From positions 1,178,001 through 1,242,000 of the forward strand of contig NC_087462.1 in assembly GCF_036321535.1 (NCBI RefSeq): 64,000 nt of DNA, in the 5' to 3' direction. Position numbers and translations under genes: made by a program. This document shows, piece after piece, positions 1-12,274 of this stretch. The DNA comes from Camelus dromedarius (Eukaryota). Every line of letters begins with the position of its first letter. Position 1 is the stretch's first letter. The notes below the pieces were generated by a model. It was not told the origin of the DNA and ran no database searches. It was given only the letters and a program-made list of their open reading frames with translations.

Positions 1-3000
1 CGCTGCCACCTAGGGGGCTCTCTCTGGGCCACAGGTCACGGCTGCCAGGCTGCCTACCCCCTAAGAAAGAGCTCGCGCAACAGGGTCACACAGGACCATA
101 GGTGGCTTTTATTACTCAATCCCAGAGGCAGGGACTGGGGAAGGGCAAGGGCACGCTGGCCATCCCGGTGAGGCAGCCCTATCCCCTCACTCAGGCCTGG
201 GTGAGCTTCCTGCCAGGGTGGGAGGGCACGGTGGCTCTCCAGGCAGCCCTCCCGGATGCTCCCTGTGGAGCCAGGGGCCTGAGCTGCTCAGGGGCCTGTG
301 CTCCCCACCAAGGGGCCCGGCACAGTGCCAGGGCAGGGCACACGGGGATGGGGGCAGCTGGCTGGGCCCCAGGCTTCCACTCCTCTCCTGAAACAGTGCC
401 CACACTCTTGGTCTCTGAGAGCCTCTGGAGGTTTCTCTGGACAAGCAACTGTGAGGTTTGACTATCACAGGGCAGGGACAGATCTAGTCTCAGGACACAC
501 AGGGACAAGCAACACCAGGATACGCCAAGTGAATCCGGTCCCGCTGCCTCTTGGACACACCTCCCCTGTCACCTTCCAGCTGCTTCCTCCTGTCCCTCAC
601 CACCTGTCAGCTCAACACGTTGACCCCCCGAGGCCTCTCTGCACCGCAGCCTCAACCGAGCTGACCAGTACAAATGTCTGCAAAGATTCGTGGAATGAAT
701 GAAAGATGGACCTCGAACCACGGGCCCCTCAATGCCTTGAGCACGGGCACTCCTACAGACACAGGCTTCGGTGGTGACCGGAAAGGACAGTCCCTGCTGG
801 ACAGACAGCTCCCAGCAGCCACACAGGAAAGGTAACTGGCCCTGAGTCCCCCATCTTCCCGTCTTTGTGGTGGCACTCTCGGGGACTGTGCTGGAGAAGG
901 ACAAGTCACAAGTCGGGGTGAAAAAAGGGAGCCCTTCCAGGCCCACTGCGGGTGGCAGCAATGCTGCGGGTCAGCCTCTCCTTCCCCCTCACAACCGCAG
1001 AGCATGAGGCCGTCCCGGGCCTTTCTCTGCGCTCATCTCCTTGCCCAGAATTCTGGACTGCTGCTCCCCTCTCCCCGTCACGCTTCCAGCCACCAGGCAA
1101 ACTTCTACCCATCCTTTAAAGCCCAGCTCAGTCACTGCTTGCTTGGGGACACTTGCCTGACTCCCCTGCAACCCCAGGTGCCAACCACTCTCTCTCCTGG
1201 ATTCCGGGCCATATCTGTGCTGTTGGACACCTCTCCTTCACTTCCAGAGTTCCAGAGCCCGGACCACAGGTAAGTACCAGATTCAGACAGACTGGGAAGA
1301 GCCCTCGGAGGGCCCCAGGGCAGGCTCTTGAGTTTACAGTCAACACTGAGGCGCAGGTATTTCCACATGTGAGTGCTCATCCCCGCCAAGGCCACAGCTT
1401 GTGAGACAGCCAAGTCCCCCTCCCCTGCCCCCAAGTACCCAGGTGCTGCGACCCCATCAGCCACCAGTCCTGTTCTGCAGCAAACTAAAGCAGCAAGCCT
1501 GGGAGCAGGCCCCCTGCCTGCCGCCCACACAGCCCTTCACAGAAAACCTCAGCACTCGGGGCACCACAGGGCCGACTGCTCTAAAACTGCCAGCACACGG
1601 GCCTGCTTCCTCAAGGGGCGCAGGCTGACTGCCACAGGAACTCATGAGGGCCCGCCACCGTGAAGGCGGACAGGTGGCCGGGAGATACCTCTGTGGCACT
1701 CCGACTGGAGTCTGCCTGACCACTTCCCAGCTTCCATGACCCGAGAGTCCCCTCTGCCCTCGGCATTTCCTTCTTGGCGTCCGCTTTTTGTTGTGAATCA
1801 GACCAGACCAATGGAAGTCTACCTGCCGCACACAGACACCTGAAAGAACAACAAACCGAGTTCCTGTGCACCCACCGCCAGGCTTAAAAACCATCTGCCT
1901 GTCGCTAGGAATCATTTTGTAAAGGGGAATCTGAGGGCAGACTGGGGGTGGAGGAGGATGGCAAAGCAGGAATGTTCTGCAGCACAGCTGAGCGAGACAG
2001 GAGAGAAGTACTCTTTGTTGAGAGTCTACATTATGACCCCATTTCACAGAATAGACAACTGAGGCCCAGGCAATTATACTGACCAGCAGGAGGCCAGGCC
2101 TCCCAAGGCCAGGCTCCTCGCACAATGGAAAGTGAAGCCCAAACGCATTCCCTTGGGCAACACTCCACCTGCAGGGGCTGAAAGCTGCCGTGGCGCCTAC
2201 ACGTACTCTCGGAAGGATGCTGAGGACTGTGGTGGTGGGGCTACAGTTCAGCCCCCGCATGGTCCCCTGAGCTCACCCAGCTGGCCTGGCTGTCCCCACC
2301 AACCCCGACCTGGGCACTTGGGCTGCTCTGCCTCTCCAGACCCAGAGGGGATTTTCAGGGTTTTTCCCGTCCCTACAGGCCTTGGCCAGCTCTCTCCCCA
2401 GCTCCCAAATACAGATGCAGGCCAGGTGCTGGGACACTGATCAGGCTCCCCAGTCTTGCTTGGCACCACTGACACTTGGGGCTGGATGAACTGTGTGCAG
2501 GGGAAGGGGTCATCCTGGGCACTGGAGGGCACTGAGCAGCACTCCTGGCCCCCACGCTCTCACTGCCAGGCGCACCCCCAAGTCGTGAGAGCCACAGATG
2601 GCCCAGGTAGCACTCTGTGCTCCCAAGGTGGGAGACACTTTTTTACTGACTGACACTAAGCAGAGAATCCTAAAGTACCAAAATCAGCTTTACGTGCAGG
2701 TACACACTTAGTCGGACGGCCCAAGCCTGGATGTGGGCAAGAGGGCAGGGATTTAAAGCTCCCCAGGTGCTTAAAGAGGGCCCACGAGGTGTAGGAACCA
2801 CAGGCCTGGGGAGGGCTCGCACCTCGCTGGGGCTTGTGGAGTCTCAGCAAAAACATTCAACTCAATCAGTGCGGCAGGAGCACAACTATGGTAAAAAGAC
2901 ACGAGGCCCTTCTTCTCCAAGGCGGGGAGGGAGCACAGCAAGCTGGCAGATGCAGGTGGGACTTGGGGCAACGTACACATTTTCCTCCTGACTTTCTGGT

Positions 3001-3449
3001 ATTCACCAATGTTTTTAAAATGACCATTACTCCAAGTCCAGAAAAAAAGGGCTCTGAACGGAGACAACCTGTCCGGGCTGCTGCCACCTGGGACGCTGCC
3101 CCTGAAGACAAGGGGTCTGGGCCAGACTGCACCACCACCAGAACCTGGGTTCTTCTCATCCTGGTGTAAGAGATAAATTTAGCGCTGATAATGTTCACAG
3201 AGAGCACTGTCCTGAAAGTCTACAGTAATTCCCCACCATCCCATCTTTACAGAAAAGTCAAGAACAACAGAACCGCCCCCCACCCAATGGCAGTGAAGGG
3301 TCCTCCAGGAGGCTGCAAGCTTCAGTCCCAAGCTCGGTGGCCCCAGCCCCCTGGGGCTGGCATTGCACCTGGGCACACAGCTCCCCGGGGGCAGGGAGCT
3401 GACACTTAAAGAGAAAGTGGCCTCAGCAAGAAGCAGCCTACAACCGGGG

Positions 3450-3610
3450 GTCTTATCAGGGTGACCCTGCCCCCAGGGACACTTGGCAATGTCTGGGGAC
3501 ATCTGTGGTTGTTACACCTGGGGGGCTCCTGGCATCCACTGGGGCTGGGGCCCGGGACGCTGCTCCACACCCCTCCAGCACCCAGGACACCCCCGCTGAG
3601 AGTGACCTGT
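3450..3610 (+). mobile_element. MER20-like hAT DNA transposon relic
   Basis: cccccagggacacttggcaatgtctggggacatctgtggttgttacacctggggg matches the MER20 core as recalled. Confidence 0.7.
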
Positions 3611-3761
3611 GTCCATGGCTTCTGCTGTTCCTCCTACCAGCCCTAGAGCTCCCAACCCAGCCAAAGTGAGAGACCCCGGCTGGCCTGATGGAAGACCATG
3701 CTGACAGCCAGCAAGCAAAAGCACTCCAGGGCCCTCGAGCACCCGGGGCACCAAAGGCCTC

Positions 3762-3837
3762 CAGACACCAAAGGCAGTACCGCTCTCCACTGGGGTTTTC
3801 AGACACCAAAGGCAGTACCGCTCTCCACTGGGGTTTT
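3762..3837. repeat. perfect 38-bp direct tandem duplication
   Basis: cagacaccaaaggcagtaccgctctccactggggtttt at 3762-3799 and 3800-3837. Confidence 0.95.
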
Positions 3838-4487
3838 CTCCCCGTGCCAGCTCTGCCCGAGGCGGAGGGAAAGGGACACAGCAGCTCACCCCAGAGAGCA
3901 CATGTCAGACCCAAGAAAGCACACTTAGTCTGGTCTCTGCAGGCACACTCAACAGGGCAGTGGGAAGTCACCCCACGTGAAACCCGCGGGCGTGCAGCCC
4001 ACAGGGAAGACAGCTAAGGGCAGCAGAGCCAGTGGACTCCTCAGGGGCTGCCTCTTAACGCCGCCGCACCCTCCTGTTCCAAGTCAGCTCAGAGAAAATA
4101 AATTGAAGCCCACCCTCTGCTGGGAAGCGCTGGTCTCTCTGGCTCCACCCCCTTCCCTGGCTTAGCGCTACCCTGGAGAAGCAGGCCTGTTTTCAGGATT
4201 CCAGACCGAAAAGGCTGCTGAGGGCCTAATCGGAGACCTCAGTGGGAGGGCTGACCAGGGAGCCACCACTGCCATGCAGCTGGGGCCACTCCTGCCTTCT
4301 GGTACATCTCAGTGCTCAAGTCAGGCAACACCACCTTTCCCAGCCTCAGGACAGGACTCCGAGTCCAACACATGACTCGTGGGTCCCACAAGTGCCTACA
4401 AGCAGGAAGGTGGTGAGGGGGCAAGGGCCTGACAGCCCAGACTCAATCCCATCTCCCCCACTTACCGGCCATGTGGACACAGGTGCG

Positions 4488-4560
4488 TGGCTTCCCCTCT
4501 CTGGGCCCCAGTCTCCTCATCTGTAAAACGGGACAATCATCCCTACCACAGTTTAAGGCT
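4488..4560 (+). mobile_element. MIR fragment
   Basis: cagtctcctcatctgtaaaacgggacaat is the MIR core motif. Confidence 0.6.
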
Positions 4561-6419
4561 CGGAAAAACAGCATGCCTGAGGGTGTGCTGCAGTAACTGG
4601 GCCCTCCCACAGCCCAGTGCGGAGGTGGCGATCCTGGAGCACCGGAAGGTGGATCTGAGGGCCAGAAGGAGGGGCATCCCTGCCCAGCCATGACACGAGC
4701 CCCAGACCCTGCTGGAAGGCTCTGGAGGCCAGAGACCCAAGGCCAGAGGAGCTGGGCCATACAGGATCCCCATGTCCCACCTGCAGGCGGCCAATCACCC
4801 AGCACCTTAGCATCCCTGTCTGGCCAACCCTTGCCAGAGCACCTCTGCCCAGGCTGTGCACATCTGGTCACAAGTGGACTCAGCCAAAGGCTGGACTGTT
4901 GCAGTCCCATCAAGCCCGATGCAAAACAGCCTTGTCAAAATCTGCAGCAGGAGGTAGCTGAAAGGGAGGGGGAGGCCTAGGTACACGCTCTCCCCCAGCC
5001 TACTCAGAGGGCGGCCCATGAGCATGCCAGAGGAGGAAACATAGCGACGGAGAGGCCCCACAACAAGAAAGGGGCTGAGCTGGGGTCTGGCCCAGCCTTT
5101 CCACAGGGCGGGCAGCGCTCTACCAGAAGAAAGCAGAGCCCCCTCCGCCAGGGATGGGCAGGCGGCCGCTTGTTCTCACCTGCAAAAGGAAAACGCAGAC
5201 GCACTGGGGTCAGGGGTAGGCAGCTGCGACTTTCCTGCAGCAAAGTCAAGCAGGCAGGGCTACGCCACCAAATGGGCTCTCAAGAAGGGTCCTTTAGGAA
5301 ACTAATTGGCCATCTGTGATGTAGACAAGAACCAAGAGACTGACTTGGCGTGGGAGGAACACGTGAGGAGAGAAATCAAACCTCTAGAGTTCAGAAGGCT
5401 CGAAGGCGACACGTGGGCCTGGAGACAAGTCCAACAACAGTGGTGGAAGGTAGTCCCACCCTCTCTGTCCTGGTGGTGAGGAGCCCAGAAGTCGGCAGAA
5501 CACCACTCTCCACGCCCAGAAGTAAACAGAACAGTCAAAAAACTGCACTGCAACTGCTGCAAGGCTTCCCACGCTCACTCCCTTCCCCACCAGAGCGGGG
5601 GTGAGGCACCACCTGAAGCTAAGACACCTGTGGGCACGTCTGTATTCCCTTCAGACACAGAGGCTCCTGAAGGCCAGGCCCACGCCTCACGCAGCTGTGA
5701 GCCCCTGGCCCGGCGCAGGTGTGGAGCCAGACAATGAATGTGTGCATCTGGCCCGCTGCAAACAGTTGGCTGCAGGTGCCAGTGGTCTGAGCAAATTTAT
5801 GGTGGAAGTTTGCAAAAACTGTCTTTTTTTTTTTCTGGCAAAATGGACCAACAGTCCTATTACTTAATCCTAGTGAGTGTGCTCCTCCTTCGAAGCAGGA
5901 AGGCTCTAAGATGAAAATCATTGTTTCAGGGAGAAACAAGGATAGGATAGCGAACTCAGGCCTGATGGGAAGGGAGAACCAGTCCAGAAGGACAGAGGCC
6001 ACAGCAGGAGCCCGAGTTCCACTAAGCAGGAATACCACCACACTGAATCCTCCCTCCAAACCGTTCCTTGTGATGTCCCTCTTTTCCCCCGTTCTTAATG
6101 TCTCAAGTCCCACACTCCCTACAAGCAGCACTGCCTGATCCGGGACGGCTCTCACCAAACTACCACGACACGGATCATCAACCCGATGATGCGATGTGTG
6201 GTCCATGAACGGTCGGTCTCTGCCCAACCAAAAGCAGGGCATTCCTTGGAAGCCCCCCAAGCCCCGCCCCGCCAAGTGGGCCTGACTTACTCCGCGACGG
6301 GTCGTGTCTGGCACGGGACTCAACATACAGTAGTGCTCCTAAGTCAGACACTACTGATACCATTATTGTAAACAGGGGTGACCAGTACCAGAGGCGCGGC
6401 GGGGGAAGGAGCGTGGAAA

Positions 6420-7330
6420 TAAGCAACGGCTACCACCAGCACTCGGGGCCGGGGAAGCGGCGGGAACGGTTCCCCAGGCAGAAGCCCTGGGCCTGCCAAC
6501 CAGGGTCGGCCGCGCTCGGCCCGCGTTACCGAGCTCCACCCTCGCGACACCTCTAGGAGGCAGGTCCTCTCATTGCTTACGTTTTACATTTGTGGAAACG
6601 GAGGTTCACATATGTCCTGAGACTTGCACTGGGCCCCGGGGTGGGTGGTCCCGGCTTGGGGGACGTTCGCTCGCGAGCGTTGTGAGGAGAGGGCCGGGCG
6701 GGGTACGGGGGGCTAAGGAAGCCCGGGCGGAGAGCCGAGCCTGGGGGCGGGCAGTACCTGCTGCTGGGGGCGCCGCTCCGCCTCCGCCGGGAGCGCCGGG
6801 GCCCCGGGCCCCGCGGTGCCGGAAGTGACAGTAGGGCCGCCGGCAGGGCCCCCCGGGAGCCCCAGCCCAGTAGGGGCAGTCTATGGCCCGGAAAAAGCCG
6901 GTGGAGCGTAGCATGGTCCGTCCCGCGGCGGGGCCCCGGCCGGGAGCCGCCCGGGCCCCCGGGCCCCTCAAAGGCGCCGCGGTCGCCGCCGCCCGCGCCT
7001 CACGGACCCCGCCGCCGCCGCCGCCATCTTGCTCCGAGGTCCCCAGAGGCCCCCATGACGCCGCCGCAAGGGACCCCGGGAGCGGCTGCCCCAAGTGCGC
7101 CTGATCAGAAACGCCTGCTCCGGCGGGACCGAGGCGGGTCGCGGAACCATGGTCCGGGACAGGCGGCCGCGGCGGGAGGGATGGTGGGAGCGGGCTGCCC
7201 TGCCTGAGGCCTGCAGAAGCCTCGGCGACGCCGCCGCCCGGCCCTTGGTGGCTGCAGCAACGCCATGTTAAGCCCCAGGCCCCGGTTTCTCCCGGGCTGT
7301 CCAAGGCGCGCCTGATCAAAACAAAAGCCC
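6420..7330. promoter_or_regulatory. REXO1: REXO1 CpG-island promoter
   Basis: CpG-dense; YY1 motif AAGATGGCGG (minus, 7021-7030) just upstream of the REXO1 ATG. Confidence 0.85.
6758..6914 (-). CDS. REXO1: RNA exonuclease 1 homolog, coding exon 1 (157 nt); the rest of the gene lies left of the window
   Basis: [53 protein letters not shown] is the REXO1 N-terminus; Kozak accATG; donor CAG|GTACTG at 6757. Confidence 0.95.
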
Positions 7331-7639
7331 CTCAAAGTCCCGATTATGGCTTATTTGCATTTAATTTTTGTTTATTAGCATATTTCCCCAAAGCGCCCTC
7401 TGCCTGTCGATGCGAGTTCTGCGGGCTCTTCTCACCTGTACTCGGGAACTCGCACCTGTTACCCGGTTCAGGTTTGAAACTCCACTCCGCCTGCTTGATT
7501 CTCAGTAAGTGCTCAATTTCCCCAACCTGGACTCTTGCCAGCAGTCTAATCCCCGGGTCCACCAGCGGAGTCCTGTTTCGATTTACTCATTTGTCCACCA
7601 AATACTGAGCACCTACTGTATACAAAGTTCCTGCCCTAA

Positions 7640-7760
7640 ACCGTATTTTATCCATTCATTAGCTGACGGACATTCAGGTAGTTCCCGCCTTCTGTCTATT
7701 GTGAATTGTGCGGTTGTGAACATATGCGTACGTGTATCTGAGTACCAACCACTTTTGCTT
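7640..7760 (-). mobile_element. old L1M 3' fragment
   Basis: tatccattcattagctgacggacattcaggtagttccc...tattgtgaattgtgcggttgtgaacat is the antisense L1M signature. Confidence 0.6.
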
Positions 7761-8137
7761 CAGTACTAGTTTTTAAAATGATGTAAATTTGTTTGACGCC
7801 CATTTTTTTAATTTGGGGAGATGCCACATAAAATTACAATTCCCAGCCTGTCCACCAGCTGGCAATTGCCAAAGATCTCCCTGTGAACAGGGAGTGGTCT
7901 GTGCAGGTCACCTGTCCCCTCTCCCAGCCCACCTCTCTTGGAGGTAAGACCTCAGGCCCCTGGCCCCGTGGACATTTGGGCTTGAAACCCCTTACCCCAG
8001 GGCGTCCTGATGTCTCTCCTCCACTGCCAACAGGAGGGTGGACGCCTGACCATGGCCCTGACGATGGTAGTGAAGTGAAGTGAGGTCACCCCTGAACTTG
8101 CATTTAGTAGGTGGTCCATCTATGCTTGCACACCTTG

Positions 8138-8800
8138 GTCATTTATTCAACAAACATTTACCAAGGACCTACTATGTATGTGCCAGACACAGCAATAGAA
8201 ACATCAGTGAACAAAGTAACGAACCCCACCCGGGGAGGGGGGCAGTGTTCTAGATGGAGACAAACAACAGGAAACGATCAAATGAGGTATCTCGATACAA
8301 GGCGAAAAATACTGTGGGGGGAAGTAGAACAGGGTAGGGGGCTGGGAAAAGGGGTGGTCTACGTAGTCCTGGGGGAAGGTGGGATTTGAGCTGTTTTGAA
8401 GAAAGGAATGAGGAAAGCATACAGGGATCTGGGGGAAGGGCACTCCAGGCAGAGGGCAAAATATGTACAAAGGCCGCGGGGCAGGACCGCACCAGGTGTG
8501 TGGGAGGAACAGCGAAGAAGCCTGTGTGTTCCAGGTGGGCCATGATGAGGTTGGACCAGGTGGCGGTAGAGCAGGGAGAAGGGGGTGGATTCTGGATATG
8601 TTTTGAAGGCAGAACTTAAGGGAGATTTTCAGACGGACTGGATGTGGGTGGTGAGACAAAAAGGGGAGTCAAGGGTGAACCCCCCCAAAGATTTTGGCCT
8701 GCACACGTGGAAAGATGGAGCTGCCAGTGACTGAAGGGAAGCCGGCCAGGGCAGACTGGGGATGGGGGTAAGAACACCTCAGGTCTGGAGCTGAGGACGA
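8138..8800 (-). mobile_element. L2 3' fragment
   Basis: begins cattt-attcaacaaacatttaccaaggacctactatg..gccagacac, followed by purine-rich L2 antisense body. Confidence 0.7.
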
Positions 8801-9249
8801 GGCCGGCTGGCAGGGACCAGGGGTGTCCTCAGCACACAAGGGGACCTGCACCTAGTAGGGAGTGGCAGAGGTCCTGGAGGCTGCCTGTCAATGGAGGCCC
8901 ACGAAGCCGAGGGGAAATCTTGGAGCTATTTCCGGGGCACATGCGAGTGCGTGCAAGAGGGACTGAAGGGAGGGGCTGCACGCGTCGACCCAGAATTCCA
9001 GGAACTCTGCCACAAAGGGGCACAGAAGCCTGCCAGAGCTGGAGGGGGGCGGGGTTTAGGGAGCGGTATCTCCAGACTTTCGGGCCAGAATCCAGTAGAA
9101 TGGGGACATGGGTGAAACAGGAGCAAGAGGAGGGTGCCAGATGGGAGCTATTCTCGAGTTAAGGCGAGGGCCCCGTGCCCAGGTTAGGGCGACCTTGTTG
9201 GCCCCAAGGGCAGGCAGGACCCTGGGGAGGGGCTGGCCGGAGCCGGTGG

Positions 9250-9282
9250 TGCAATACCAGCAGCGACCACCAGGTGGCGGGA
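9250..9282 (+). promoter_or_regulatory. CTCF site with upstream (ZF9-11) motif
   Basis: TGCAATACC, 5-nt spacer, then cgaCCACCAGGTGGCGGg. Confidence 0.75.
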
Positions 9283-9800
9283 CCGGTGCGTTCCCGGGCG
9301 CAAGAAGCAGGGAAACCCGTGGGGAGGGTCTGCGGTCCCCCCACCGCAGCCCCAGCGGCCTTCCCGGCTCTAGAGACCGCTAGAATCTGGGATGCACTTT
9401 TCCTAAGAAGGGGTTCAGGGTCCTCACTAGCTTCTCAATGCTCCCGAGGCCCCTTCCCCTCCTAGCCCCCTTCCTATTGTGAGCTGGTATACAGCCGGAC
9501 GACTGGGCACCGGAGCCTTGCGGGGCTCGGATAGCGGGGGTGTGAGGTGGCCAGGGGTCCGGGGACCCTCCGGGGAGAAGCCCTGTGGCACCCGCGAGTG
9601 GCCGGAGGAGCGCGGGATCCCCCCCACCGCCGGAAGGGGGCGGACAGTAAACGCCCCCGGGCGCCGTGTCACCGCGCCTCGGTTGCCGGGTAACGGAGCT
9701 GGAAGGCGGGCTGGGGGCGCAGCTGCGCGAGGCGTGGGTGACGCCGGACTGTGGCGCGCGCTGCTGCTGCCCCCTCCCTGGGCTTTAGGGCTGGGAGGCG
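9270..9800. promoter_or_regulatory. small CpG-rich element between the KLF16 3' end and the REXO1 promoter, with an RFX X-box
   Basis: high CpG; GTTGCC-G-GGTAAC at 9682-9694. Confidence 0.5.
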
Positions 9801-9998
9801 TTATTTTGCGTCCCAGACAGCGGGGCCTTGCCAAAACCTACAACAGGTCCCCGGATTCATTGGCCCCCTGCCTCAGTTTCCCCAGAAGGCTGAGGACCAC
9901 ATCGGCAAGGGGGACAGAGGGGCTCAGAGGGCCCACCGGCTTGGATCCGCGAGAGGAAAAACCACACAGGCTCTGGAATCGGGTTTAAAAAAGGCTTG

Positions 9999-10004
9999 TT
10001 TAAT
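9999..10004 (-). terminator. KLF16: KLF16 poly(A) signal ATTAAA
   Basis: plus-strand tttaat in an AT-rich patch about 2 kb downstream of the KLF16 stop codon. Confidence 0.7.
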
Positions 10005-11972
10005 TAATTAAATACAAGGATGAGGCCAGGTAGGGCAGGGGGTCACCCTGAAGCACAAGTCCCTTGGGGCCATGCACCCCCCCTCCTTGAGAGGCCCCAG
10101 CTAAATGGCTGAACTAGGTCCCAGTGACCACCAGTCCCTCCAGGCCCCTGGACACTGGAGAGGAGCCAGGGACAAGTTCTCAGTTGGGCCCTTAGACTGC
10201 AGTCCACCTCCTGCAGACAGGCACCGGCCAGGGCTGGGACAATCAAGAGGGCAGACACAAAGGGAAAAAAGGCCCTGGCTGGCCCCCTGCACCCCATCCT
10301 TATCCCCAAACTAAGGCATCTCACCACCGGCCCACTGAAGGACAGATGGGCCAGCCCAGCTCCCAAAGAGCTTCTCTGCCTCCCTCCCCAGGACCCCAGG
10401 AAGCCGTCCCTGGATCCTGCCAGGGCCGGTCCGGGTCCGAGCCAGTGCCATCCAAGCCCCCCAGCTCCCAGGTGGGAGAGTGCAAGGTTCTAGAACAAAT
10501 GGGGATACCACAGACCTCCTGCAGCCAGAGGCCGGAGGGGTGGGGCATGGAGTAGGCCCTCCCAGGGTCTCAGACAGGGAGCCTGGGTCCCTTCCTGTTC
10601 CAGGGTGAGGTCGTCTTCAGTCCCTCTGTACAAAACGGCATTTACCCTTCCCCATCCTAAGTTCAGATCAGAGACTCTTCCCCCACACCCACAACCCCTG
10701 AGGACAACAGACCACCCACTGGGGCCCAGGTCAAGGAAGGGATTGGCGCCTGAAAAAATATTCTACCCGGTCCAAAAAAACTGAGCTATCCCAGGGGGTT
10801 CGGGGATCAGCCCTCCTGCTTCCGGCCCGTGTGGACAGGACCTCGACCACCGGTCCAGGGGCCCTGCCGCACGGGGGTCATGTGGGGGAGAAGGGCCCCG
10901 GCGCGATGGAGCCAGGGTTCCCGGCCTCCTTACCCCCACCTGGAAGAGGGGAAGGGGTGCACCTCGCCCAATGGCTGTCGTGGTCCCAAGTCCCAAATCA
11001 GAGGGAATGATTGTCACATGGTACTGCACAAGGCCGAAGTCGGGGGCTCTGCCCCTGCACGGGGAGCCGCTGTGGCGCCAGCTCCCCCCAGTCTCTCACT
11101 CATACACTCGCACACCCACCCAGAGTGGGGCAGTAGAGCCCCCCACCAGCAGAGACAGAGGAAAATAAATAAACCTGCATTCATTCCCATCTCCTAATAT
11201 CCCCCCAAGTGAATCAAATTGCTCTTTGGAAGAACCCCTGTTCTGCCCCTCCCCTCTCAGAAGCAAAACCAGGACCTCTATGGAAACCCTACCGCCTCCC
11301 CCCTTCCACACTCACCCCCCTTCCCCCGCGCGGCTGAGAAGCTGCGTGGCCCCTCCCAGGGGCAGTGGGGCAGAACCTATGGACACCTGAGATTGAGTAC
11401 CCGAATGGGGGCGGCCAGGCCGCACCCGTTTCCCTGAACGTCTCCAATGGCTTTCTGTGGGGGTGAGGGGTTCCAGGGGGCAGGCGGGACAGGAGAAAGC
11501 CCACAGGAACCCCCTGGTTCACCTATGGCCCATTCCACACTTCATCCCAACCCAGAGAGAGAGACTGGGAGGACCAAGTCTGAACACTGGTTAGGGGGTG
11601 TCCTTCCTGGGCTACCTCCCCCCAAGGCCCACACCTCCCCCAAAGGAAGGAGGTGGCGAAGGGGGGAGGGGAATGCCTTCTGGCCACCGCCCACCTGGGG
11701 TCACTGGTGAAAGGCTGGAAAGAGTTCTCGATCATGGCTATATACAGACACGGCCGCTACCCCTCCCGAGAGCAACCTCCAAGGCCCTGATGACCTGGTC
11801 CAGTCTCAGACCCCCTCCTTGTTTTCTTGAGAGAGGCAGGGACATCTTGGGGGCCCTCGGGGGGTACACTGGAAGGGGCGGGGCTGGCGGTCAGTCCGAG
11901 CCCCGCCCCCGGACAGCAGGCATGTTGCTGGTGCTCCAGGCCCAGGCCCAGCGGGGCGGTGGGACCAGGGCT

Positions 11973-12274
11973 CTACAGGCCAGCGGGGGCCGGGCTGGGC
12001 ACCGGGCTGGGTGCAGGGCTGCCCGCCAGGCTGCAGGGCAGCGAGTCGCTGGGAGAGGTGCTGCGGGCGCCTGGGCGCCGGAGCAGCTCCGGGCGGAAGC
12101 CGGGGTGGCGGCGCGCGTGCTTGGTCAGGTGGTCACTGCGGGTGAAGCGCTTGGAGCAGAGCGGGCAGGGGAAGCGCTTCTCGCCCGTGTGCGTCCGATG
12201 GTGGCGGGCCAGCTCGTCGGAGCGCGCGAACTTCTTGTCGCAGCCTGGCCAGTCGCAGGCAAAGGGGCGCTCAC
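11973..12274 (-). CDS. KLF16: Kruppel-like factor 16, exon 2 CDS (zinc fingers 2-3 and Pro/Ser tail); not in the ORF track because it has no ATG
   Basis: acceptor ccgcacag|GT GAG; translates (G)[58 protein letters not shown]...SPAPAGL*; phase matches exon 1; TAG at 11973-11975. Confidence 0.97.

Noticed and set aside
6180-6290. Possible C/D-box snoRNA (gatgatgc...ctga)
   Set aside because: Box C is imperfect, there is no terminal stem, and it is antisense to the host intron.
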